NCBI GenBank assembly: GCA_050953065.1
Contig: JBMNLZ010000002.1
Span: forward strand, 192,001-256,000
DNA: 64,000 nt
From: Bacilli bacterium
GTDB lineage: Bacteria; Bacillota_I; Bacilli_A; ML615J-28; CAG-698
Direction: 5' to 3'
Positions 38,660 through 49,700 of the stretch are shown here, piece by piece. Position 1 is the stretch's first letter; each line of letters starts with the position of its first letter. Under the pieces are notes generated by a model. The model saw only the letters and a list, made by a program, of their open reading frames with translations, had not been told where the DNA came from and did no database searches. The translations under genes were made by a program, and so were the position numbers.

Positions 38660-39421
38660 ATGAAGTATGCAATTTATAGTAAAGAACCTTTAGCAGAAGT
38701 AATCCTATCAAAGTTTAAAGGAAAACTAGATTATGAAAAACCTGATTTTGTTTTTTCTTTTGGTGGGGATGGAACTATGCTTAATGCAGTTAATCAATAT
38801 ATTGATAAAATAGATAAAACTATTTTTGTTGGGATTAATACAGGTAAGTTAGGGTTTTATACTGACTTTGTTTTAGATGAACTTGACAGTATCATTACAG
38901 CAATTTCTAAAGGCGAAGTTTTTTGTCATGAATTTTTCTTGCTTCAGTATTCTTTGATTAAAGATACTCAAGTAAAGAAAGGTTATGCCTTAAATGAAAT
39001 CGCAGTTACAAATCCAATCCACACTCAAATAATAGAAGTCTATATTAATGATAAAATGTTTGAAACATTTAGAGGCACTGGATTATTGGTTTCTACTCCG
39101 AGTGGGTCAACTGGTTATAATAAGTCTTTGGGTGGAAGTGTAATGGATTCAAGTATTGAAGCAATTCAGTTAACTGAGATTGCTGCGATTAATAATAGAG
39201 TCTTTAAGTCACTAGCATCTCCTTTAATAATTCCTAAGAATAATAAAGTTTCAATGGTTGCAACTGATTCTGATAATATTTATATTAGTGTTGATGGTAG
39301 ATATGAAGAGTTTAAAGGTGTTGAAAAAATTGATGTTAAACTTTCTAGTAAAAAAGTTAAAATGTTAGGAACAAAGGATTATAGTTTTTATAATAGAGTT
39401 AAAAAATCATTTATTGAATAA
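38660..39421 (+). CDS. nadK: NAD kinase
   Basis: GGDGTML, GKLGFY, ALNE, STPSGSTGYNKSLGG. Confidence 0.95.
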   Translation: MKYAIYSKEPLAEVILSKFKGKLDYEKPDFVFSFGGDGTMLNAVNQYIDKIDKTIFVGINTGKLGFYTDFVLDELDSIITAISKGEVFCHEFFLLQYSLIKDTQVKKGYALNEIAVTNPIHTQIIEVYINDKMFETFRGTGLLVSTPSGSTGYNKSLGGSVMDSSIEAIQLTEIAAINNRVFKSLASPLIIPKNNKVSMVATDSDNIYISVDGRYEEFKGVEKIDVKLSSKKVKMLGTKDYSFYNRVKKSFIE

Positions 39422-39429
39422 AAAAAAGA

Positions 39430-39456
39430 ATACTTCCCCATAAAGGGGAAGTAATT
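39430..39456. terminator. Bidirectional terminator
   Basis: TACTTCCCC-ATAAA-GGGGAAGTA between convergent nadK and clpP. Confidence 0.85.
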
Positions 39457-40044
39457 TTATACTTTTTGTTTTTCCATAATAGAATCAATTATTCCGTATT
39501 TTAGTGCATCTTCTGCGAACATATAATTATCTCTATCAGTATCAATTGTTATTTTTTCTAATGGTTGATTAGTGTTTTTTGCTAGAATTTTATTCATTCT
39601 TTCTTTTATTTTTATGATGTGTTTGGCAGCAATTTCAATTTCACTAGCTTGTCCTCTAGCACCACCCATTGGCTGATGAATCATCACCTCACTATTAGGT
39701 AAGCAATATCTTTTTCCTTTAGCTCCACTAGATAAAATAAATGCAGCCATTGAAGCAGCCATTCCAACACAAATCGTTGATACCTCTGGTGAGATTAAAT
39801 TCATTGTATCATAAATTGCCATTCCAGCTGTAATTGATCCACCTGGACTATTGATATATAAAAAGATATCTTTTTTAGAATCCTCAGCTGCTAAAAACAA
39901 TAATTGAGCAACGATACTATTAGCCATATAATCATCAATTTCACCACTTAGTAAAATGATTCTATCTTTTAAAAGACGAGAATAAATATCATAACTTCTT
40001 TCACCTTTAGAAGTTTGTTCGATAACATAAGGTATTGAATGCAT
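39457..40044 (-). CDS. clpP: ATP-dependent Clp protease proteolytic subunit
   Basis: [31 protein letters not shown]. Confidence 0.98.
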   Translation of the reverse strand: MHSIPYVIEQTSKGERSYDIYSRLLKDRIILLSGEIDDYMANSIVAQLLFLAAEDSKKDIFLYINSPGGSITAGMAIYDTMNLISPEVSTICVGMAASMAAFILSSGAKGKRYCLPNSEVMIHQPMGGARGQASEIEIAAKHIIKIKERMNKILAKNTNQPLEKITIDTDRDNYMFAEDALKYGIIDSIMEKQKV

Positions 40045-40175
40045 AATTTAAGCCTCCTATATATATTGTAATTTTACTATTTAGAGATAAAAAAGTCAAA
40101 TGATATTAAAAATAACTGAAGAAAAAAAATAAAATAAACTTGCATTTTAAAAGCTAAATAGTTATAATGGTATAA

Positions 40176-40405
40176 ATCGTTGAAAAAGAAGTAGTAGTAA
40201 AGATATTTTTATTTAAAAAGAGAAAAAGACCTTGGGTGGAAGTCTTTAATAAAAATCTTTATGAATTCGTCTTTGGAGAGACTTATCAAAAATAGGTCCG
40301 TAATCTTTGCGTTAAAAGAAATAAAGTGCATCTATTAAATAGATGAATCAAAGGTGGTACCACGGAAAAGTTTTCGTCCTTGAATTAATTTCAAGGACGT
40401 TTTTA
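40176..40405 (+). ncRNA. T-box riboswitch (Phe)
   Basis: AGTAG and AGAGA stem I motifs, specifier GAA-TTC at 40266-40268, AAGGTGGTACCACGG at 40351, terminator CGTCCTTGAA...TTCAAGGACG-TTTTT; promoter TTGCAT-17 nt-TATAAT at 40140. Confidence 0.95.
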
Positions 40406-40425
40406 ATATAAAGGAGAAATAAAAA

Positions 40426-41448
40426 ATGATTAAAAAATTAGTAGCATTACAAGAACAAGCAAAAAGTGAAATTATGGCAGTTAAAACAATGCATCATTTA
40501 AATGAAGTTAAAGCATTGTATTTAGGAAAGAAAAGTCCTTTGCAGGAAATCTTACAACAGATGAAAGATTTAACTGTAGAAGAAAAAAAGAAAATGGGGA
40601 TTGCGATTAATGCTTTTAAACAAGCAGTTGAAGAAGCTGTTTTAGTAAAAAGAGATTTAATTGAAAAAGATCTAATTAATGAAAGATTAGAAAAAGAAGC
40701 AATTGATATTAGTTTGCCTGGTGTTAAGTTTAAGAAAGCAAATTATCATCCATTAGAATTAGTAACAAGAGAAATTGAAGAAATCTTTATTGGAATGGGC
40801 TATAACATTGCAGTAGGACCTGAGGTAGAGTTAGATTTATATAATTTTGAAATGCTTAATTTACCAGCAGGTCATCCAGCAAGAGAAATGCAAGATTCAT
40901 TCTATATTAATCCAACAACTCTACTTAGAACTCATACTTCTCCTGTTCAAGCAAGAACAATGCTTGAAAATCAAAATAAACCAATTCAAATAATTTGTCC
41001 GGGGAAAGTTTATAGACGTGATGATGATGATGCAACGCATTCTCATCAGTTTATGCAAGTTGAAGGTTTAGTATTAGGTAGTGATATTTCTTTAGCTGAT
41101 TTAAAAGGAACATTAGAATATCTGCTTAAGAAATTGTTTGGTGGAGATAGAACAATTAGATTTAGACCATCATACTTTCCTTTTACAGAACCTAGTGTAG
41201 AAGTAGATGTTAGTTGTTTTAAATGTAATGGTAAAGGATGTGCTCTTTGCAAGCAAAATGGTTGGATTGAAATATTAGGAGCTGGTATGGTTCACCCTAA
41301 TGTTTTAACAATGGCAGGATATGATCCTGAAAAATTCCAAGGATTTGCTTTTGGAATTGGAATTGAAAGAGTAACAATGCTTAAATATGGAATTGATGAC
41401 ATTAGACATTTTTATACTAATGACATTAGATTCTTAAGGCAGTTTTAG
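40426..41448 (+). CDS. pheS: Phenylalanine--tRNA ligase alpha subunit
   Basis: [36 protein letters not shown]. Confidence 0.98.
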   Translation: MIKKLVALQEQAKSEIMAVKTMHHLNEVKALYLGKKSPLQEILQQMKDLTVEEKKKMGIAINAFKQAVEEAVLVKRDLIEKDLINERLEKEAIDISLPGVKFKKANYHPLELVTREIEEIFIGMGYNIAVGPEVELDLYNFEMLNLPAGHPAREMQDSFYINPTTLLRTHTSPVQARTMLENQNKPIQIICPGKVYRRDDDDATHSHQFMQVEGLVLGSDISLADLKGTLEYLLKKLFGGDRTIRFRPSYFPFTEPSVEVDVSCFKCNGKGCALCKQNGWIEILGAGMVHPNVLTMAGYDPEKFQGFAFGIGIERVTMLKYGIDDIRHFYTNDIRFLRQF

Positions 41449-41459
41449 GAGGTAGCATC

Positions 41460-43847
41460 ATGAAAGTAAAATTAGAATGGTTAAATGAATTAGTAGATTT
41501 ATCTGATTTATCATTACAAGAAATAATAGATACAATTTCACTTAATTGTATAGAAATTGAAACAGTGTTACCATTATCTAGTGCGACTAATTTAGTAACT
41601 GGATATGTTTTAGAAAAAGAAGCTCATCCTAATTCTGATCACTTATCAGTATGTAAAGTAGATGTTGGATGTAACACACTACAAATTGTTTGTGGTGCTC
41701 CAAATGTAGAAAAGGGTCAAACAGTAATTGTTGCTTTGGTTGGAGCAGTTTTACCAGGAGATTTTAAAATTACAAAAGCTAAAATCAGAGGTGTAGAATC
41801 AAGTGGAATGATTTGTTCGCTTCAAGAATTAGGATTTGAAAAGAAATATATTCAAGAAAAATATCAAGAAGGAATTTATTATTTTACTGAAGAAGTTGAA
41901 ATTGGGATTAATGCTTTAGAAGCATTAAAGATGGATGATGTAGTAATTGAATTAGGTCTTACTCCAAATAGGAGTGATTTATTAAGTATGATTGGAGTTG
42001 CATATGATGTAAGTGCAGCTTTTAATAGACCAAGGAAAGAATTAAAATATGATTTAAAAAAATCAAATATTACTGAGACAGTAGATGTTACTATTAAAAC
42101 AAAAGATTGTAGCGCATATTATGCCATTATAGCAAAAGATTTAGTAATTAAAGATTCACCTCAATGGTTAGTATCAAGACTAGTTGCTTTTGGAGCAAGA
42201 CCAATTAATAATGTTGTTGATATTACAAACTATATTCTAGCTCTTTTTGGTCAACCTTTACATGCTTTTGATTATCAAAAGTTAGGTAATAAAATTGTAG
42301 TAAGAAACGCATTAAAGAAAGAAAAAATTACAACACTTGATTTAGAAGAAAGAGTTTTAGAAGAAGATGATATTTTAATTACTGATGGTAAAAAAGGCGT
42401 TGCTCTAGGTGGAGTAATGGGTGGAATAGACACTGCAATTTCTAATGATACTAAAGATATTGTAATTGAAGCGGCTGTCTTTAATCCTGCTTCTATTAGA
42501 AAAACATCAACTAGATTAGATTTAAGAAGTGAATCTTCAATTAGATTTGAAAAAGGTGTTGACGTTAATAGAACTCTAGAAGCTTTAAATTATACTTGTT
42601 ATTTACTTGAAACTTTAGCTGATGCTAAGATTTCAAAAGAATATAAAGTAGCTGGAATTACAGAAGTAGTGGATCTACCAATCTCAATTACTCTTGATTA
42701 TATTAATAAATATTTAGGACTTGATTTAACTATTAAAGAAGTAATTAATATCTTTAAAGCATTAGAATTTAAAACTGCTTTAGAGTCAAGTAATGAATTA
42801 GTAGTTTATGTTCCAAACAGAAGAAGTGATATTACAATTAAAGCTGATTTAGTAGAAGAGATTGGAAGATTTTATGGTTATGAAAAACTACCTAATACTT
42901 TACCTAAATCAAACCTTACTTCAACTCTAACTCCAAAACAAAAAAATACTAGAAAATTAAAAGATATTCTAGTAGGTTTAGGATTAAATGAAGTAATTAA
43001 TTATTCGCTTGTTTCAAAAGAAAAGAATCAAATGTTTACATTAAACAATAAAGAAAAGATTAAAGAAATATCTTTAGTAATGCCATTAAGTGAAGAACAT
43101 AAATATTTAAGACTTAATCTACTTTCTGGTTTAATTGAAAATGTAAAATATAACTTTGCTCGTGATTTAAAAGATTTAGCTTTATTTGAAGTAGGTAAAA
43201 CTTATTATGAAAAGGATGGCAAAACTTTTGAAGATACGTATTTAGGAATTGCAATTTCTAATTCATTCTTTTCAAATGCTTGGCAAAAAACAAATATTCA
43301 AGCTGACTTTTATTTACTAAAAGGTATTCTAGAACAAATCCTATCAAAATTTGATTTAAACTTTGACCTAAGACCTTTAGAAAAAGTGATAGCAGAAATG
43401 CATCCAAAAAGAAGTGCTAGAATTGTAGTAAATGGAAAACCAATTGGCTTCTTAGGAGCACTTCATCCTGAGTTTGCTTTAAAGAATGATTTAAATAATG
43501 TTTATGTTTTAGAAATGGATTTAGAAGATTTTATTAATACTAAAGAAGAAATAAATCTTTATAAACCAATTACTAAAATTCCAAGCATGGAACGAGATAT
43601 TGCAGTAGTAGTTAATAAAAATGTTTTAGCAGGAGATTTAATTAAATCAATTAAACAAGAAGCTAAAGATTTAATTAGTAGTATTGATATTTTTGACGTT
43701 TATGAAATAAACGAAAAAGAAAAATCAATTGCGATTAAAATGATTTTTACATCTTTTGAAACCCTAACTGATGATATTGTAAACAAAAAGATTGCTAGAA
43801 TATTAAAGAAGTTAAATGAAGAATATAATGCAGTCTTAAGAAGTTAA
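41460..43847 (+). CDS. pheT: Phenylalanine--tRNA ligase beta subunit
   Basis: IVCGAPN, TPNRSD, NNVVDITNY, RFEKGVD, DLVEEIGRFYGY. Confidence 0.98.
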   Translation: MKVKLEWLNELVDLSDLSLQEIIDTISLNCIEIETVLPLSSATNLVTGYVLEKEAHPNSDHLSVCKVDVGCNTLQIVCGAPNVEKGQTVIVALVGAVLPGDFKITKAKIRGVESSGMICSLQELGFEKKYIQEKYQEGIYYFTEEVEIGINALEALKMDDVVIELGLTPNRSDLLSMIGVAYDVSAAFNRPRKELKYDLKKSNITETVDVTIKTKDCSAYYAIIAKDLVIKDSPQWLVSRLVAFGARPINNVVDITNYILALFGQPLHAFDYQKLGNKIVVRNALKKEKITTLDLEERVLEEDDILITDGKKGVALGGVMGGIDTAISNDTKDIVIEAAVFNPASIRKTSTRLDLRSESSIRFEKGVDVNRTLEALNYTCYLLETLADAKISKEYKVAGITEVVDLPISITLDYINKYLGLDLTIKEVINIFKALEFKTALESSNELVVYVPNRRSDITIKADLVEEIGRFYGYEKLPNTLPKSNLTSTLTPKQKNTRKLKDILVGLGLNEVINYSLVSKEKNQMFTLNNKEKIKEISLVMPLSEEHKYLRLNLLSGLIENVKYNFARDLKDLALFEVGKTYYEKDGKTFEDTYLGIAISNSFFSNAWQKTNIQADFYLLKGILEQILSKFDLNFDLRPLEKVIAEMHPKRSARIVVNGKPIGFLGALHPEFALKNDLNNVYVLEMDLEDFINTKEEINLYKPITKIPSMERDIAVVVNKNVLAGDLIKSIKQEAKDLISSIDIFDVYEINEKEKSIAIKMIFTSFETLTDDIVNKKIARILKKLNEEYNAVLRS

Positions 43848-43988
43848 AAAATGTTTGATTTAAAAAAACTTTGTTTTATGTTGAACTTATAAAATATGAT
43901 TTAACTGAATTTGATTATATAATTTATTCTTTGTAGGATTGTAAATGATGTGAGACATAACATAATAATTAAAAAAGAGGTAAGGAAA

Positions 43989-44741
43989 ATGAAGAAAGCG
44001 AGTACTAAGTTATTACGAGTATTAATTGTTTGTTTTTTATTGTTGTTGATGTCTGGGTGTCGATATCGATATGATCCTTATAAGGACAAAGTAAATGTAG
44101 TTGTTGAAACGGATTATTTTTATGTTCAGTTAATAGTAAAAAATGTAAAAGAACCAAGGGCTTGTATATTAGAATTAACTGATTTAGGGAAAGAACAAGA
44201 AATTTTAGTTATTCCAGAATATGTAGAAGGGCTTCCTGTAAGGACTATTGGTAGACAAGAATTTAGTACATTTGGATGGAGAATTATAAGTGATAATTTA
44301 AAGAAAGTTTATGTTCCTATAACTGTAACCTCCATTTTAAGTACTGCATTTTTAGATTGCACTAATTTAGAAGAACTTGTGATGTTATCAGTGCCTATTA
44401 ATTATAATATGCCTGATCTTTGGTCTACTGGTGGACAAGCAACAATTATTCTTTCTAATCCATTGCAAGAAAATAGACTTATTGCAGTCCTAAAACCAGA
44501 AAATATAACATTACCAGTAAATCTAGTTTTTTACTATAACTATTCTGATGCACCAAATTCTGGATATTATTGGTTTGATTATATAACTGGTAGTAATTTA
44601 TATGTTTTACCAAACAATCCCGAAAGAGAAGGATATACTTTTAAAGGATGGTATATAGATGAAGAATGTAGTATAGAGTGGGATAAAGTATTACCAACAT
44701 CAGAAACTGAAATACTTGAATTATATGCTTTATGGGAATAA
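43989..44741 (+). CDS. Lipoprotein with BspA LRR-like segment and InlB B-repeat (copy 1)
   Basis: Lipobox MSGC; IPEYVEGLPVRTIG, AFLDCTNL, PEREGYTFKGWY...LYALW. Confidence 0.85.
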   Translation: MKKASTKLLRVLIVCFLLLLMSGCRYRYDPYKDKVNVVVETDYFYVQLIVKNVKEPRACILELTDLGKEQEILVIPEYVEGLPVRTIGRQEFSTFGWRIISDNLKKVYVPITVTSILSTAFLDCTNLEELVMLSVPINYNMPDLWSTGGQATIILSNPLQENRLIAVLKPENITLPVNLVFYYNYSDAPNSGYYWFDYITGSNLYVLPNNPEREGYTFKGWYIDEECSIEWDKVLPTSETEILELYALWE

Positions 44742-45488
44742 AAAAATGAGTGTAAAATTATTTAAAATTTTTGTTATGATTTGTTTATTGTTGTTGATGT
44801 CTGGGTGTCGATATCGATATGATCCTTATAAGGACAAAGTAAATGTAGTTGTTGAAACGGATTATTTTTATGTTCAGTTAATAGTAAAAAATGTAAAAGA
44901 ACCAAGGGCTTGTATATTAGAATTAACTGATTTAGGGAAAGAACAAGAAATTTTAGTTATTCCAGAATATGTAGAAGGGCTTCCTGTAAGGACTATTGGT
45001 AGACAAGAATTTAGTACATTTGGATGGAGAATTATAAGTGATAATTTAAAGAAAGTTTATGTTCCTATAACTGTAACCTCCATTTTAAGTACTGCATTTT
45101 TAGATTGCACTAATTTAGAAGAACTTGTTGAATTATCAGTGCCTATTAATTATGATATTCCTGATCTTTGGTCTACTGGTGGACAAGCAACAATTATTTT
45201 TTCTAATCCATTGATGGAAAATAAAATTATTGCTCGTCAAAGATCTGGTGGAATACAAATACCAGTAAATTTAGTTTTTTACTATAACTATACTGATGCA
45301 CCAAATTCAGGATATTATTGGTTTGATTGTATAACTGGTAGTAATTTATATGTTTTACCAAACAACCCTGAAAGAGAAGGATATACTTTTAAAGGATGGT
45401 ATATAGATGAAGAATGTAGTATAGAGTGGGATGAAGTATTACCAACATCTGAGACTGAAATACTTGAATTATATGCTTTATGGGAATA
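44036..45488 (+). repeat. Tandem gene duplication, period 748 bp
   Basis: 44036-44380 appears identical to 44784-45128 by eye; differences cluster downstream. Confidence 0.93.
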
Positions 45489-45489
45489 G
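44746..45489 (+). CDS. Lipoprotein with BspA LRR-like segment and InlB B-repeat (copy 2)
   Basis: Tandem paralog at 748-bp period with the same motifs. Confidence 0.85.
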   Translation: MSVKLFKIFVMICLLLLMSGCRYRYDPYKDKVNVVVETDYFYVQLIVKNVKEPRACILELTDLGKEQEILVIPEYVEGLPVRTIGRQEFSTFGWRIISDNLKKVYVPITVTSILSTAFLDCTNLEELVELSVPINYDIPDLWSTGGQATIIFSNPLMENKIIARQRSGGIQIPVNLVFYYNYTDAPNSGYYWFDCITGSNLYVLPNNPEREGYTFKGWYIDEECSIEWDEVLPTSETEILELYALWE

Positions 45490-45875
45490 AAGGAAAGATG
45501 TAGTAGAGAAAGCATTTGATAATATGAAGAATGATTTAGACTTTAGAAGATTAAGAATTCATAATGAAAACACGTTAAGAGGTAAAATGTTTATAGTGTT
45601 TATTGCTTTAATATTAAAAACATATTTATATAATATGGTAATACAAAGAGGAATAGTAAAAGAATATTCAATTAATGAAGTACTAAAAGAAGTACAAAAA
45701 ATATCTAGAATTGAATTTGATAAAAACAACTCATTGTTAACGGAGATATCAAGCGAGCAAAGAAAATTATTTAGATTATTAGAAATAACAGAACCAAAAG
45801 AGAAAGAATGTACCCTAATGTAGGGGGTACATTCTTTATTGTTTATACGTGTATAATTCTTATAGGGAATTTAGG
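45487..45875 (+). mobile_element. IS1634-family transposase 3' remnant with probable right end
   Basis: RRKDVVEKAFDNMKNDLDFRRLRIHNENTLRGKMFIVFIALIL; GGGAATTTAGG at 45865-45875 resembles a terminal IR. Confidence 0.75.
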
Positions 45876-45987
45876 TTGATAATACGATTATACATTAATT
45901 ATGGCAAATAACAATACTATTTTGAACGGTATATGTTGACTGGGATATTTTTAAATGTTAAAATATTGGTGTAGGGGGTAAATAAAA

Positions 45988-46755
45988 ATGCGAAAATTAT
46001 TATTTTTTTTGATAACATTTATTTTGGGATTAAGTCTTGTAGGGTGCGACGACGAAATAAATGCGATTGAGAAAGTGAAAGTCCAAGCAAGACAAACTTA
46101 TTTGAACACAATCATTAAACCTCGGTATCCCGATGCTACAATAGCCGATGTGTCATTCAGACCTTTTCTTGGGGTTTATAGCAATAGCTTGGTAGCCATT
46201 TTCTATGGTGGACAGTATCACGGTAGTCAAATAGCAGTTGAGGTAACTGAGGAAATTGAGAATATAATTTTTGCATATTCCAGCGGATATCCAATCCTTG
46301 TTTGGAACGACGGGAAAATAAGTTCGCTAACGGCGGCATACGAGCAAGGGCTTTTAACAAAAGAAAATTTGACAACCATACACAATCTTTATTGCGATAT
46401 AGATGATGGAGTGGAGGTCGAAATGGAAATACAGTCAAGGCTAACTTATTTGAACACAATCGTTAAACCTCGGTATCCCGATGCTACAATAGCCGATGTG
46501 TCATTCAGACCGTTTCTTGGGGTTTATAACAACAGCTTGGTAGCCGTTTTTTATGGCGGGCAGTATCACGGTCCTCACATAGAACGTGAGGTAACTGAGG
46601 AAATTGAGAATATAATTTTTGCATATTCTAGCGGATATCCAATCCTTGTTTGGAACGACGGGGAAATAAGTTCGCTAACGGCGGCATACGAGCAAGGGCT
46701 TTTAACAAAAGAAAATTTGACAACTATACACAATCTTTATATAGGTAAAAAGTAA
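45988..46755 (+). CDS. Lipoprotein of two near-identical domains (116-aa period); putative partner/inhibitor of the downstream protease
   Basis: Lipobox LVGC; repeat 46095-46392 vs 46443-46740. Confidence 0.85.
   Translation: MRKLLFFLITFILGLSLVGCDDEINAIEKVKVQARQTYLNTIIKPRYPDATIADVSFRPFLGVYSNSLVAIFYGGQYHGSQIAVEVTEEIENIIFAYSSGYPILVWNDGKISSLTAAYEQGLLTKENLTTIHNLYCDIDDGVEVEMEIQSRLTYLNTIVKPRYPDATIADVSFRPFLGVYNNSLVAVFYGGQYHGPHIEREVTEEIENIIFAYSSGYPILVWNDGEISSLTAAYEQGLLTKENLTTIHNLYIGKK
46095..46740 (+). repeat. Intragenic direct repeat, period 348 bp
   Basis: AACTTATTTGAACACAATC...CACAATCTTTAT occurs twice. Confidence 0.95.
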
Positions 46756-46767
46756 AAGGAGAAAATC

Positions 46768-49700
46768 ATGTTTAATACTAACAAAGTAAAGAAAGTATCG
46801 CGATTTAGTGCATTATCAATTATAATATCAATCCTAATATTGGGATTAATAGTATCATTTACTTTCATGAACTGCAATACTATCTACGTATTTGCTGCTG
46901 AAGGCGAACAAACCGTGTCGATGACAAAAGTTTACAGCGACGTGTCAATTGAAGAGGATTTTGATGGCAGTAGCATTATTGTTATTATTGACAATAGTCT
47001 AAGTGGGATAAACAAGCGCCATGATGTAAATTTTTTTGAAGGAATTGAAATAGTCGAAATCGAAGACTTAACCGTAAAAACAGAGAGTGCAAGAAGTCTC
47101 GTTGACAAGAAAACTTTCGAGCAGGTCTTGAAGATAAAGTTACCGCAAGATTGTAAAGAAAGTGTCATACGCGGTATTAAGCAATTAGAAAGCATAAACG
47201 GAATTAAGTATGCTGGACCCAATAGGTATATTGAAGTGGAGAGGAATCCTAATGACCCGTTTTTTACCCATGTTTCCGGCGGTGAGGCGAATCAATGGGG
47301 GCTTAATAGAATTCAAGCAAATTTAGCTTGGGATTTGACAACGGGCAATAATAACGTGCGTGTCGGGATAATCGATACGGGAATTGGTGATATTGTCGGC
47401 GGACAAGCTAATCATCCTGACTTAAATGCAAACTTAGTTGCAGGTGGAGATTTTGTTAACATGAACGGAACTACGCCGGGGCCGTTAAGAGCAGATACTG
47501 ATGGACACGGAACTCACGTTGCTGGAATTGTAGGAGGGGTTGGCAATAATAGTGTGGGAATCTCTGGCGTTAATTGGAACGTTTCATTAGTGCCGATGCA
47601 AGTCGCAACAGGTGATACAATCGACGCCGCGGCTTGCGTAAGAGCAATAAATTTTGCAACAAACACTTGGAATAACGAAAATAGAATTAGTATTTTGAGT
47701 ATGAGTATCGGTCGATATACTGAGTGGCCAGAAATAGAAACTGCGATTAGAGCGTACCCTGGACTTTTTGTTTGCTCCACAGGAAACAGAAAACAGAACA
47801 ATGATATCACTCACCATTATCCCTCTTTTTATGGTTCCGCTTTGCACACAAATCCGCTTACAAATATGATTTCAGTAGGCAGAAGTGACATTAACGATGA
47901 GCGTCCTACAGATTTGAATATCAATGCAAATTGGGGAGCGCAAACGATTACTCTTTTTGCACCAGGTCAAAACATCATTAGTACATACCCCGTTAGCGTG
48001 ACATCAAATTGGACTCCTGGATATCACAGAACATCAGGCAGCTCAATGGCAGCGCCTATGGTTTCGGGGGTAGCGGCTTTATTGTTATCAGTTAATGCAA
48101 ATCTTACAACTACTCAATTAAGAGCGGCAATCGTCAACAACGTGGATGTGTTGGACACTTTTGAAAACGACCCAACAAACGGACGTCAATGCGTAACAGG
48201 TGGACGGCTTAATGCATACAAGGCACTTAGTAGCGTAATTTTTACAACAAGTAACGTTAGTAATGGCATATCAATAAACGGTTTTATAAACGGATACACT
48301 ATGCCAAACAACACAGAATTAGTTTTACCAGATAGCTTTGCACCATTAGGAGATGAAGAACAACAACCTGTTGTTGCAATTGGGAATAATGCTTTTGCTA
48401 ATCAAACAAGCCTAACTGAAATCTCTATTCCTAGCAGTATTACAAGTATTGGAGCAAATGCCTTTGCTGGTTGTACTTCATTAAACAGTGTAATAAGAGA
48501 ATTTAATTATGATATTACTACCACTAATTGCTATTACTTAATAAGAGAAAATTTAAATAATAATTTTCTTGAAGTGAACGGAGAAACTGTCTCAAATACA
48601 AATGATATAGTTCCTTTGTACTTAAGTGCAGGCAATCATAGTATTAAAGTACAAGGGTCAAATATTTCAAGTGTTATGAGTGCTCCAACTTTAGAGAAAG
48701 TAGAACAGATTTTTCTAAACTCAAATCAAGATGTTAAAAGTAGCATTGAAAGTGGAAAAAATATTTTTCATTTTAATAATTTTGGTGGAAGGTTTGTTCG
48801 ATTTACTATAGAAGCAACTAGTAGTAATCCTAACAATCCAACTATTAGTTATTTAGAAAATGCAATAATAGTTAGAGACTCAAATGGTGTGATAAAAAAA
48901 TTTGAAAATTCTATTTTTTCTATAGAAGCAAGAAATGTTACTGATTCAAATACAATAACAGTTTATCTTCCTACAACTAAAACTTATTATGTAGAAGTAA
49001 ACTTTTCAACTACGGATATTTCCGAATTAACATTGACTGCTAGATTATTAGATAATGCATCTCAATTTAATTTATTTAATTTAAATGAAAATGCTAATTC
49101 TAACATTAATTTGTTTAACATTGGCACATCAAATGGTGATGAAATTAAGGTAATTAATATATTGCAATCAGGACAATTTAAATTTGTAGTTAATTGTGAT
49201 AATCGAACAACTAGTTCAAAATTTGTAATTATTAAAGAAAAGTTAGTTGATAATCAAATAGTTAGACAGGTTATAAATGTGTGGAATATGGATATGGATG
49301 AAAATGGGAATGGTGAAATAGTTGATTTAGAACCTGCTAAATATTATATGGGATATTTTAATACACCGGTAGGGGTAGATGTTACTATTCTAATCAATAG
49401 ACTTGTTACACAAAGCGGAAGTGATGTATTGGTAACCGATCCAGATTATATGACACCTTGTGGAAGTCAAATCAATATAATTGAAGCAGATAAAAACATA
49501 AAAAGTTATCGTCAAACATTTATAACAGAGGGATTTACAAGATTAGTATATTTTGATATAGATTATGCTCCTTCTATTTCTAGATTAGATTATTATTGGT
49601 ATTCAAGCAATTCAAGTGTAGCAACAGTTACCCCATATGGAACTGTTTTAGCATTGCCAGTAACAACAGCTACTACAGTAAAAATAATGGCTGTATTTAA

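Noticed and set aside
45431-45486. 5' part of ORF 45431-45823 as a real gene start
   Set aside because: It is an alternative frame of the lipoprotein 3' end; only the part from about 45487 is transposase-derived.
43989-46755. Diversity-generating retroelement suggested by near-identical repeat pairs
   Set aside because: Differences involve C, G and T as well as A, both copies are coding, and no reverse transcriptase is present in the window.
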